A DNA stretch of 64,000 nt. Origin: a candidate division FCPU426 bacterium (GTDB lineage: Bacteria; Oederibacteriota; JAAXVQ01; JAUVAV01). The stretch is taken from NCBI GenBank assembly GCA_040756875.1, contig JBFLYH010000001.1, positions 512,001 through 576,000 on the forward strand, written 5' to 3'. How positions within the stretch are numbered: the stretch's first letter is position 1; each line of letters begins with the position of its first letter. The notes beneath the pieces are model-generated. The model searched no databases. It was not told the origin of the DNA and saw only the letters and a program-made list of their open reading frames with translations. Of this stretch, positions 49,880-58,475 are shown in pieces. The position numbers and the translations under genes are program-made.

Positions 49880-51391
49880 ATGTCCAACATATTGGTTGTT
49901 GATGATGAAAAAGGCATTCGAGAGTCATTAAACATCCTTTTAACTGATGAAGGATATCAGATTGACATGGCTTCTGATGGGATGGAAGCCCTCACTTTGC
50001 TTGAGAAAAAGCAATACGACCTGGTTTTGACCGACCTGCGAATGCCCAACATGAACGGAATGTCCTTGCTCTCGCAAATCAAGGAGAAATGGGACGAGAG
50101 CATTCCGGTTATCATGCTGACATCCTGCGGTCATGTTGATACAGCAATTCAGGCTATCAAGGAAGGGGCCAGTGACTTCATCATTAAACCCTTTGAAGTG
50201 GACCATTTGCGCGAATCGGTGCGCAAAGCCCTTAAAAAAGAGCGTGAAAAAATGAAACAGGCCATAAAGGCGCAGGAGGAATACGCGCGGCGTATGGAAA
50301 ATGCCAATCGTAAACTGGATCACGCTATCTTTGAGCTGGCAGTCTTGCATGAGACGGGCAAAATGATCAATTCCACATTGGATATCAAGAAGATTGTATC
50401 GATTATCCTGGAAATGGCCAGGCAGTCCGTAGGCGCGGACCGTGCCAGGGTATTACTCTATTATAAGAATTCCCAACGCAATATGATGGATCTGGTTTAT
50501 TCGGTGGATGATTCCAACCATGGCCAATTGGAGGCAGTCGATGAATACGCCGCGGCCTGGGTACGGCGCCGCGGGGAAGGCATTCTGCTGGAAGATATAG
50601 AAAAAATACCCCCGCAAGAATCCCAGCTGCTGGCTGGTTCGGGGCTGGGGTCTTTGGTCGTGCTTCCCATCAAGCGTAAAAGCGACATGGTGGGCGCTAT
50701 GATCCTTAACAACCGTACTGGAAGCAGGAAATTCACCGAACAGGACTTTCAGTTTCTTACAACGCTTGTCAATCAGGCGTCCATTGCCATCGAAAACGCT
50801 CAATTGTATGACGAACTTCAGGACCATTTCGCGGACACGATTCGCGCCCTGGTGACGGCCATGGAGGCCAAAGACGCCTATACGTACGGTCATTCCGACC
50901 GGGTTACCCAGTACTCATTGATGATTGCCGGCCAATTGGGGTTGTCAGAACTGGATGTGCGGGAACTGGAATATACCGCTTTACTCCATGATATCGGCAA
51001 GATCGGCATTGCCGAGGAGATACTGCGAAAACCCGGCAAGCTTGACCAGCACGAATGGTCAGTGGTCAAGAAACATACCATTTTGGGCAGCACCATTGTC
51101 CGTCCCATCAAATTCCTAAACCGAGGCGAGGAGACTGTCCGCCATCATCATGAATGGTTCAACGGGAGCGGGTATCCGGACGGATTGAAAGGCGAGGATA
51201 TCCCGCTGTTTTCGAGAATCATCGCCGTGGCCGATGCATTCGACGCCATGATCAGCGAACGTCCGTACCGGTCGAGCATGACGGAAGCGGCTGCGATGCA
51301 CGAGTTGAGCAAGTGTTCCGGGGAGCAGTTCGATCCCACCGTAGTGGCCACATTTACACGCGCATTGGAAACCGCACGTTTAGCAAGTTGA
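49880..51391 (+). CDS. REC-GAF-HD-GYP protein (putative cyclic dinucleotide phosphodiesterase)
   Basis: REC; GAF; EAKDAYTYGHS.RV, LHDIGKIG, HHEWFNGSGYPDGL, IAVADAFDAM. Confidence 0.93.
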   Translation: MSNILVVDDEKGIRESLNILLTDEGYQIDMASDGMEALTLLEKKQYDLVLTDLRMPNMNGMSLLSQIKEKWDESIPVIMLTSCGHVDTAIQAIKEGASDFIIKPFEVDHLRESVRKALKKEREKMKQAIKAQEEYARRMENANRKLDHAIFELAVLHETGKMINSTLDIKKIVSIILEMARQSVGADRARVLLYYKNSQRNMMDLVYSVDDSNHGQLEAVDEYAAAWVRRRGEGILLEDIEKIPPQESQLLAGSGLGSLVVLPIKRKSDMVGAMILNNRTGSRKFTEQDFQFLTTLVNQASIAIENAQLYDELQDHFADTIRALVTAMEAKDAYTYGHSDRVTQYSLMIAGQLGLSELDVRELEYTALLHDIGKIGIAEEILRKPGKLDQHEWSVVKKHTILGSTIVRPIKFLNRGEETVRHHHEWFNGSGYPDGLKGEDIPLFSRIIAVADAFDAMISERPYRSSMTEAAAMHELSKCSGEQFDPTVVATFTRALETARLAS

Positions 51392-51406
51392 AACAAGGGG
51401 GGTCCC

Positions 51407-52636
51407 ATGGCCGCAAACATCCTGATTGCTGAAGACGAAGTAGGAATCCGCACCGCCCTGACCATTCTGCTGGAAGGGGAGGGATATGCGGTAAAGACGG
51501 TCAAGGACGGGGATGAGGCTTTGGCCGCCGTGCGGGGCGAGCACTATGACCTCCTGATTTCGGACATACGCATGCCGGGCATCAACGGGTTGCAGCTATT
51601 GGAGGAAATCACCAAAGTGCCGGGCCGCCCTGAAATCATCATTATGACCGCCTATGGCAGCATCGAGACGGCCATCCAGGCCTTGAAAAATGGAGCCCGG
51701 GATTTTCTGTTGAAACCGTTTTCCAATGACCTGTTGAAAATGACGGTCCAGCGTGCCCTGAAGATCCGCGAACTGTCCGAGGAAAACCGGCGACTGCGCG
51801 AGCTCGAGACCATGAAGCGCGAGTTTATCACGATGATCGCCCATGAATTGCGCACGCCCCTGACGGCCATCAAGGGCTATCTCAAGCTGGTCCAGTGCGG
51901 AATGGTGGGGGAATTGAAGGACATGCAGCGGGAATATCTCGGGGTGGTTCAGCAAAACACGGAAAAACTGCGCGAAATCATCGATAAAATGATGGTCATG
52001 AGCAGCCTCGAAATGAACGAACTCAATCTCGAACCGGTCAGTTCCAATACCCTCAGCGTAATCTGGGAAGCCATCGCCGAGGTCCAGGATGCTTACGAAA
52101 AGAAGCAGCTCAACCTGGAAGTCAATTTGGCCTCCTCCTTGAAACCGATTTATGTGGATCCGTTCCGTATGAAGCAGGTCGTCACCTTCTTGCTCGACAA
52201 CGCCATCGCCTTTTCGCCTGCCCACCGGCGCATTTCGCTGTCAGTGGACCGCTTCCGCGGGATGGCCGCTTTAGGCGGTCGCAAAGTGCCGATTTCATAC
52301 GTGGACATGTCAGATCTGCAACCCGGGGAATATCTGGAAGTCTCGGTGTCGGACGAAGGGCCCGGTATACCGGAGGAGAAATTATCGCAGATTTTCGAAA
52401 AATTCTACCAAATCGAGGATCTCTATATCCGCCAGGTCGGCGGTATGGGCATCGGCCTTTCGTTGTGCAAGAAACTGGTGCATTTGATGGGCGGGAAAAT
52501 CTGGGTCCAAAGCAAAATGGGCGAAGGGTGCAAATTCACCTTCATCCTGCCCTGGAAGGAAGCGGTAGACGGTCAGACCACCGATAATGTGAAGGAAGAG
52601 AAAAGCGAGGCTGTCAGCCAGAGCCGGGCAGCCTAG
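51407..52636 (+). CDS. Cytoplasmic hybrid REC-histidine kinase
   Basis: N-terminal REC; AHELRTPL; LLDNA; VSDEGPGI; GGMGIGLS. Confidence 0.92.
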   Translation: MAANILIAEDEVGIRTALTILLEGEGYAVKTVKDGDEALAAVRGEHYDLLISDIRMPGINGLQLLEEITKVPGRPEIIIMTAYGSIETAIQALKNGARDFLLKPFSNDLLKMTVQRALKIRELSEENRRLRELETMKREFITMIAHELRTPLTAIKGYLKLVQCGMVGELKDMQREYLGVVQQNTEKLREIIDKMMVMSSLEMNELNLEPVSSNTLSVIWEAIAEVQDAYEKKQLNLEVNLASSLKPIYVDPFRMKQVVTFLLDNAIAFSPAHRRISLSVDRFRGMAALGGRKVPISYVDMSDLQPGEYLEVSVSDEGPGIPEEKLSQIFEKFYQIEDLYIRQVGGMGIGLSLCKKLVHLMGGKIWVQSKMGEGCKFTFILPWKEAVDGQTTDNVKEEKSEAVSQSRAA

Positions 52637-52675
52637 CAGCAAAATAAAAAATTAGCAAGTGATTCACCTCACGTG

Positions 52676-52713
52676 AAAGGGCACGCTCCTGACGGAGAGC
52701 GTGCCCTTTTTTT
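52676..52713 (+). terminator. Intrinsic terminator
   Basis: AAAGGGCACGCTC...GAGCGTGCCCTTTTTTT. Confidence 0.88.
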
Positions 52714-52774
52714 ATACTCCAGCGCTACAATTACTGAGACTGTTCTGATGATGCTTATTTTCTTGTTTTTGGCC

Positions 52775-52801
52775 GTCATACCGGCGAAAGCCGGTATCCA
52801 G
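52775..52801. repeat. Single dRS3/RPE-like palindromic repeat unit
   Basis: GTCATACCGGCGAAAGCCGGTATCCAG resembles the widespread GTCATTCCCGCGAAAGCGGGAATCCAG repeat type. Confidence 0.6.
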
Positions 52802-53021
52802 AACCATTGACTTAAAAGGTTTTCTGACCCCTAGGTCCTTCAACCGGGCTTCGGCTCCCAAAGGGACCATTAGCCGCCGATTCATCCAAAGGGATTAAAA
52901 AAACGCATTGAATTAATGAATAAGCAGTCTAAAATAGCAGCGTCATTCCAGGTTGGAAAAGAATCCTAGCTATTGGCGGGGATTTTTTTTATAGCACTGA
53001 TAATAGAAAGGCGATTTATTT

Positions 53022-55559
53022 ATGAGAAAAACCATTGATACAGACGGTTCGACGAGTTTCTCGTTGTGGTGGGAAGCTATCGGTATCGTCTTATTACTAA
53101 CTTGGTTTGGTGTATTGTGTTTTCGAGCTAGCGTTGCCTACCCATTGAATTTTCAGATACTGAAAAATATATTATCGTTTTCATGGCTTGATAAAATTCA
53201 ATATGGCTTATTTATATCCCACTGGCTGAGCACTTTAAAATTAGTTGTGCTTTTAGCTGGGTATACCTTGGGTGCCCTGGGTAATGGCCTTTTTATAATT
53301 GAAAAACTATTTCCGGCAGAACGTCCTAAGCTTGAAAAATGCTTGTTATCTTTTGCCGTGGGATTTGCTCTGCTCATCCTACTGACTTTTTTTCTTGGTG
53401 TTTTGGGCGGATACCATATGCTGATTTATCTCGCGCTCTATGCGGTTTATGTGAGTTGGGGTCTTCGGAATATTTATAGGCAACGGCATGTATTGAAAAC
53501 CACTTCCCTAAGTTGGTGGTGGGGATATAAACCAGTTTTGAGTGATAGGGTTTTAGGTGTAGTGATAGTGTTGTTGGTGGTTTTGGAATACTTCGCCGCG
53601 AATGTTCCTGAATGTTTTTGGGATTCTCTGCTGTTCCACTTGGCAGTGCCTGCGCAATATATTGTACATGGAGGCATCCTACCTATTCCCGGTAATCTTT
53701 TTTCCAATTTGCCGTTGGGGATCGAAATGTTATATACCGGCGCGCTCATGCTGGGAGATGAACGCCTGTGCCGTATGCTGCACGTTACTTTGGGCCTGTT
53801 GACCGCATTGTCGGTCTTTGCTTTTGGAAGGAGATGGTTTGGACGGAGAATTGGATTTTGGGCGGCAGGAATATTTATAACCATTCCTTTTGTGACGTTA
53901 TTGAGTGTTGTTTCCGGTGTGGATCTTGGAGCTGCTTTTTTTATGACAGTGGCTTTTACTGAATTAATCAAAACTATTCTGGCGAAAGAAACACTACCAA
54001 CCGAAGCGTGGCTTACGGGCCTACTAACCGGCGCATCATTGAGCTGCAAATACACAACCGGGCTTTTACTAGCCCCGACCGTATTAGTGTGGTTGGTTAT
54101 GCGTGTGTACCAAAAAGAAAATTTAAAAGCATTGGCGTTTAAGTTATTGATCTTTATTGCCGGTATAGCCGTTTGTTTATTACCCTGGCTTATAAAAAAC
54201 ACGATTTATAATCAAAATCCCCTTTATCCATTTCTTTATCAATTATTTTACAACCCCAATATCGATATCGGGAAGATGCAAGCACAAATGAGAGAATTTA
54301 CGGATTTTGGATTCAATTCCTGGGTGGCATACCTGCGGGCTCCGTGGGATCTGACTTTTAATAGACCATCAGGGAATGCCTATGTGGGGCCCCTGTTTTT
54401 ATTTTTACTTCCCGGATTGATCTGGTTGGGACTTAGGACACGAAAAACTGAACCACAACAAAACGTATTAATAATTATTGCTATGATGGCAGTCTTCGTA
54501 TGGTCCTTGCAAACGAAAGTAGTCCGATACTTGCTGCCGGGATTTCTGCCGTTGACCATTTTATACTCACGCAGTCTTGGACTAGTGGAACAAAATACAG
54601 CTCATTTAGGGAAGATAGCTCGCTGGTGTGCATTGATATTCATGGTCTGGGGAGTGGCAAATACCATAACTTACATTTATCCTAACCAGGATACTGTTAA
54701 AGCAAGTCTGGGTTTTTTAATCCGGGCGGAATATCTTAAACGCAATATGTTAACGGAATACTATTCGATGGCTGAGGAAATCAACCGTTTGCCTGGAAAA
54801 GTTAAGGTGTATGCATTTGGTGAATCCCGTTCTTACTACATCAATAAACCCATCACTAGTGTGAATTCCCATGACACCAACATACTATTAAAATGGTTGG
54901 AGAAGTCCACTTCTGCCGAGGCGGTTTGGGAAAAATTAAGAAGTGAGGGGTATACCCACATTTACGTGCATGCGCAAGAAGCTGTTCGTACCCGAAGTCA
55001 TGAGACCCATCGTTGGACCCCTGAAGAAATATTTCGTTGGCAAGAGCTTCTGGCTCGATATACCAAACCTATAGTCGTAATTCAGCAACAGACTTTATAC
55101 AAAATTCTCGATAGACCAAATTTAAGTGTTCCTGTAAAAAACGAAAAGCCATTATTTGTTTATAATCCGGAAGTTGTCGATGTCGTCAATCTGCTTGCGG
55201 ACCACGCGCTGCGTCTGACAAGGGAAGGCAATTGGCAGGAGGCGGAAAAAGAGTGGCTAAAAATCATTGGAAAGGCACCCGGGTGGAATGCGCCATATGT
55301 TGTTTTGGCGAGCATGTATCAGAGGCAGAACCGTGAAGTGGAAGCTCAACACATGTATGAAAGCGCCGACCAATTGACGGATTTGAATCCGGAAACTTAT
55401 CATGACATGGGCGTCTTGTATTGGAATATGGGTAAACCATTGGATGCCATTCAAGCCATGAAAGAGGCATTGCGGGTACAGCCTGGTTACGAGATAGCTC
55501 AAAAAGATCTAGCAAGCATGGAACGGGCTTATAAATTGCAAAAATCAAATGAAAAATAG
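53022..55559 (+). CDS. Polytopic GT-C (ArnT/PMT-like) glycosyltransferase with C-terminal TPRs
   Basis: More than 12 TM segments; WDSLLFHL, NLPLGIEMLY, KYT, PWLIKN...NPLYP, RYLLP; TPR-like helices at the C-terminus. Confidence 0.75.
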   Translation: MRKTIDTDGSTSFSLWWEAIGIVLLLTWFGVLCFRASVAYPLNFQILKNILSFSWLDKIQYGLFISHWLSTLKLVVLLAGYTLGALGNGLFIIEKLFPAERPKLEKCLLSFAVGFALLILLTFFLGVLGGYHMLIYLALYAVYVSWGLRNIYRQRHVLKTTSLSWWWGYKPVLSDRVLGVVIVLLVVLEYFAANVPECFWDSLLFHLAVPAQYIVHGGILPIPGNLFSNLPLGIEMLYTGALMLGDERLCRMLHVTLGLLTALSVFAFGRRWFGRRIGFWAAGIFITIPFVTLLSVVSGVDLGAAFFMTVAFTELIKTILAKETLPTEAWLTGLLTGASLSCKYTTGLLLAPTVLVWLVMRVYQKENLKALAFKLLIFIAGIAVCLLPWLIKNTIYNQNPLYPFLYQLFYNPNIDIGKMQAQMREFTDFGFNSWVAYLRAPWDLTFNRPSGNAYVGPLFLFLLPGLIWLGLRTRKTEPQQNVLIIIAMMAVFVWSLQTKVVRYLLPGFLPLTILYSRSLGLVEQNTAHLGKIARWCALIFMVWGVANTITYIYPNQDTVKASLGFLIRAEYLKRNMLTEYYSMAEEINRLPGKVKVYAFGESRSYYINKPITSVNSHDTNILLKWLEKSTSAEAVWEKLRSEGYTHIYVHAQEAVRTRSHETHRWTPEEIFRWQELLARYTKPIVVIQQQTLYKILDRPNLSVPVKNEKPLFVYNPEVVDVVNLLADHALRLTREGNWQEAEKEWLKIIGKAPGWNAPYVVLASMYQRQNREVEAQHMYESADQLTDLNPETYHDMGVLYWNMGKPLDAIQAMKEALRVQPGYEIAQKDLASMERAYKLQKSNEK

Positions 55560-55569
55560 CGAGGGGAAA

Positions 55570-58431
55570 ATGCGGAGACACTCATTAATAGCGATTTTCA
55601 TTAGTGTTATTTTATACCAAAACCCCTTGGTGCTTATGGCGCAATTCGGAGTAAATGGAGCAGTAACCACGGATTTTTCAGGATATTGGATGAGGGCCAG
55701 TAAAAATTTACTGCAACCAAATGGGAAAATACTGACTATAGGCTACGACCAGAATGTTGCAAATAGTGCATTTGCAATTGCGAAATATAATTTGGATGGC
55801 AACCTGGATACGACTTTTGGGGGAGGCGGATTAGTAACCACTGTCATTGGCGATGTCAGTGGCGCTTGCGATGTGCTCCGACAGTCTGACGGAAAGACTG
55901 TGGTTGCCGGGTGGAGCACCTTAAGCGGTAAAAAGAGATTTGCGATTGCGCGATACAATAGCAATGGCAGTTTGGATCCTGATTTTGGCAATTATGGCAC
56001 CACGACGACTACAATCGGGACGGATGAAGATGTTGCTTGTGCTGTTATTCAACAATCCGACGGCAAATTGGTGGCTGCGGGTTATACGAAAAGCGGCGCT
56101 GTTATTTCTATTGCCCTGGTCAGGTATCAACCGGATGGCAGTATAGATACTACCTTTGGAACGAGTGGCAAGGCGGTAACGGTTATTGGCAGCAATTCCA
56201 GGGTATGTAGCCTAATCCAGCAATCCTCAGATAAGTTAGTAACTGCTGGTTATGCTAACGGTAATTTGGTTATTGCACGCCATTTGGATAATGGGAGCTT
56301 GGATGCCAGTTTTGGCGGCGGTGGAACAGGTTATGTAACAACCGCGTTGGGCAGCACAGAAGGGATTCAACAAATTATCCGCCAATCTGACGGGAAATTG
56401 GTGGCAGTAGGATGCGGCTTGGGCAAGCTTGCTGTAGCGCGCTATTCATCCGAAGGCATATTGGATACAACGTTTAATGGGACGGGAATAGTTACTACCA
56501 CGATAGGCACGCAGGCTTGGGGATATGGTGTTGTCCAACAACCTGATGGAATGCTGGTAGCTGCGGGACAAAGCTATAATAGTGGCACGCTTCAATACAG
56601 TATTGCTCTTGCGCGATATCAAACAAATGGCAACTTGGATGCCAGTTTTGGAAGTGGAGGGATTGTAACAACATTAATTGGCAACCAATCAGGGGCTCGG
56701 TCTGTAATTGTGCAACCGGATGGTAAAGTAATTGTCTCGGGATACTATAATAATGGAATTGTTGGTTTCCTATTGGCGCGTTATTTGTCTAACGGGACTT
56801 TAGATACACAGGATGATCCGCCGCTTATGACGGGCATTGATAAAGATCACGCCTTGGTAGGGCAATCCGTGAATCTGAATATACGCGGCTGGAACCTGGG
56901 CAAGGTCGTTGCCGTTCAATTGCGCAATTCCTCGGAGTCGGTTAATGCCTCGGGTATAGTTATTGATGACGCCCGAATAACTGCGTCGTTTGCCTTGGCG
57001 GTTGCGCCAGGGCAGTATGATTTATTCCTGGGAACCAACACCACCAGCAGGACCTTTAAAGGCGTTTTTACGGTATCCGCGAACGTGGCTTCGCCGGTGC
57101 AATGGCAGGTCAATAATTTGGGCAAAGCGGGAACGCCGATAACCGGGCCCATGGGAGTTGACATTGGCGATGTTGACGGCGATGGCCGGCCTGAAATTTA
57201 TATCGCAAACGGCGATAATAAAATACATCGTTATGAAAAAAGCTCGGCCTGGTCCACGACAACGCTGCCTGTTGCCAGCGCGGGCTTTTTCTACGATGTG
57301 GCGCTATTGGACATGGATTCAAACGGCGCCAAGGAGTTATACGCGGCCAATTCATTTCCGCGCTTGCACCAATACCAATGGTCTGGCAGCAGCTGGAGCG
57401 GAAACAGCTTTGCCGCCTACAGCGGTCCGCTGGTTAAGGCTGATCAAACGGCTGGTTGGCTGGCGGAAATATACGCGGTTTACGGAAATGACTTAATGCA
57501 AACGAAGATGCAACATAACTGTTTATACAATGCCACCTGCTTAACGAGTGGCAGCACTATATTATGCGGTGTTTCGGGTGACGCTGATAATGACCAGGTC
57601 ACCGAAGCTTATATTGCGACCAATGACCATAAAATACAGCAAACATGGTACCGGAGTTATGTAAACGTCTTTATGCGGGATGTGTTTAGCGGTTCGATGG
57701 ATATCGAGTGTCTGGCGATCGGCGACCTGGATCGGGATGGAGCCAACGAACTTTATGGAGGAGATGCCGGAGGGGCAGTCCGCCAATTTAAATGGAATGG
57801 TTCGTCCTGGAATGCCCAAGCCATTATTAGCGTCAGTACGGCGATAAATGAAATTGCAATGGGGGATGGAGACAATGATGGCTTTAATGAACTCTATGCA
57901 TGCGGCCTGGATGGGCATTTGTATCAATGCTTCTGGAATGGAAGCGTCTTGCAATCGAACGATTTGGCGAATGCCGGAGAGCCTTTGGTTGCTTTGGCTG
58001 TGGGCGATGGGGATGGCGATGGGCAATGCGAAGTCTACGGCGTTGGCGAAGATGGCGATGTTTATCAGTTCGAGGCTGAATCGATTCCTTCGACGCCAAC
58101 GCCGACGCCGACGGTGACACCGACGATAACGCCAACCCAACCGCCGTGGCCGGACAAAGCAGAGGTGTTTTGCGCCCCGAATCCGGTTCGCGGAAAAACT
58201 GCAAAGCTGAATATAGTGACGAAGCAAGCTGCGGAAGTGCACGTGAAAATATTCACTGCACAAAACCAATTCGTGCAGTCGTTTGATCGTCATTACAGCT
58301 CGGCAGGGAGATATATCGAGGAATTCTACGTTGGGAACCTCGCCAACGGCGTTTATTTTGCCCTCGTGACGACTAGAAATGCAGACGGGGGCGAGGATCG
58401 GGTGAAGTATCGTTTTGCGTTAATTAAATGA
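55570..58431 (+). CDS. Secreted delta-60-repeat + FG-GAP-repeat protein with P/T linker and T9SS-like C-terminal domain
   Basis: About 7 repeats of Q(P/S)DGK.V.AG...ARY..(N/D)G.LD..FG; GDxDxDG..E.Y repeats; PTPTPTVTPT; APNPVRG...LANGVYF...FALIK; SD GAGGGG before ATG55570. Confidence 0.85.
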   Translation: MRRHSLIAIFISVILYQNPLVLMAQFGVNGAVTTDFSGYWMRASKNLLQPNGKILTIGYDQNVANSAFAIAKYNLDGNLDTTFGGGGLVTTVIGDVSGACDVLRQSDGKTVVAGWSTLSGKKRFAIARYNSNGSLDPDFGNYGTTTTTIGTDEDVACAVIQQSDGKLVAAGYTKSGAVISIALVRYQPDGSIDTTFGTSGKAVTVIGSNSRVCSLIQQSSDKLVTAGYANGNLVIARHLDNGSLDASFGGGGTGYVTTALGSTEGIQQIIRQSDGKLVAVGCGLGKLAVARYSSEGILDTTFNGTGIVTTTIGTQAWGYGVVQQPDGMLVAAGQSYNSGTLQYSIALARYQTNGNLDASFGSGGIVTTLIGNQSGARSVIVQPDGKVIVSGYYNNGIVGFLLARYLSNGTLDTQDDPPLMTGIDKDHALVGQSVNLNIRGWNLGKVVAVQLRNSSESVNASGIVIDDARITASFALAVAPGQYDLFLGTNTTSRTFKGVFTVSANVASPVQWQVNNLGKAGTPITGPMGVDIGDVDGDGRPEIYIANGDNKIHRYEKSSAWSTTTLPVASAGFFYDVALLDMDSNGAKELYAANSFPRLHQYQWSGSSWSGNSFAAYSGPLVKADQTAGWLAEIYAVYGNDLMQTKMQHNCLYNATCLTSGSTILCGVSGDADNDQVTEAYIATNDHKIQQTWYRSYVNVFMRDVFSGSMDIECLAIGDLDRDGANELYGGDAGGAVRQFKWNGSSWNAQAIISVSTAINEIAMGDGDNDGFNELYACGLDGHLYQCFWNGSVLQSNDLANAGEPLVALAVGDGDGDGQCEVYGVGEDGDVYQFEAESIPSTPTPTPTVTPTITPTQPPWPDKAEVFCAPNPVRGKTAKLNIVTKQAAEVHVKIFTAQNQFVQSFDRHYSSAGRYIEEFYVGNLANGVYFALVTTRNADGGEDRVKYRFALIK

Positions 58432-58475
58432 TCCCGCGGATAAATAGACAAATAATGAATTACAAGAGTTGAATT

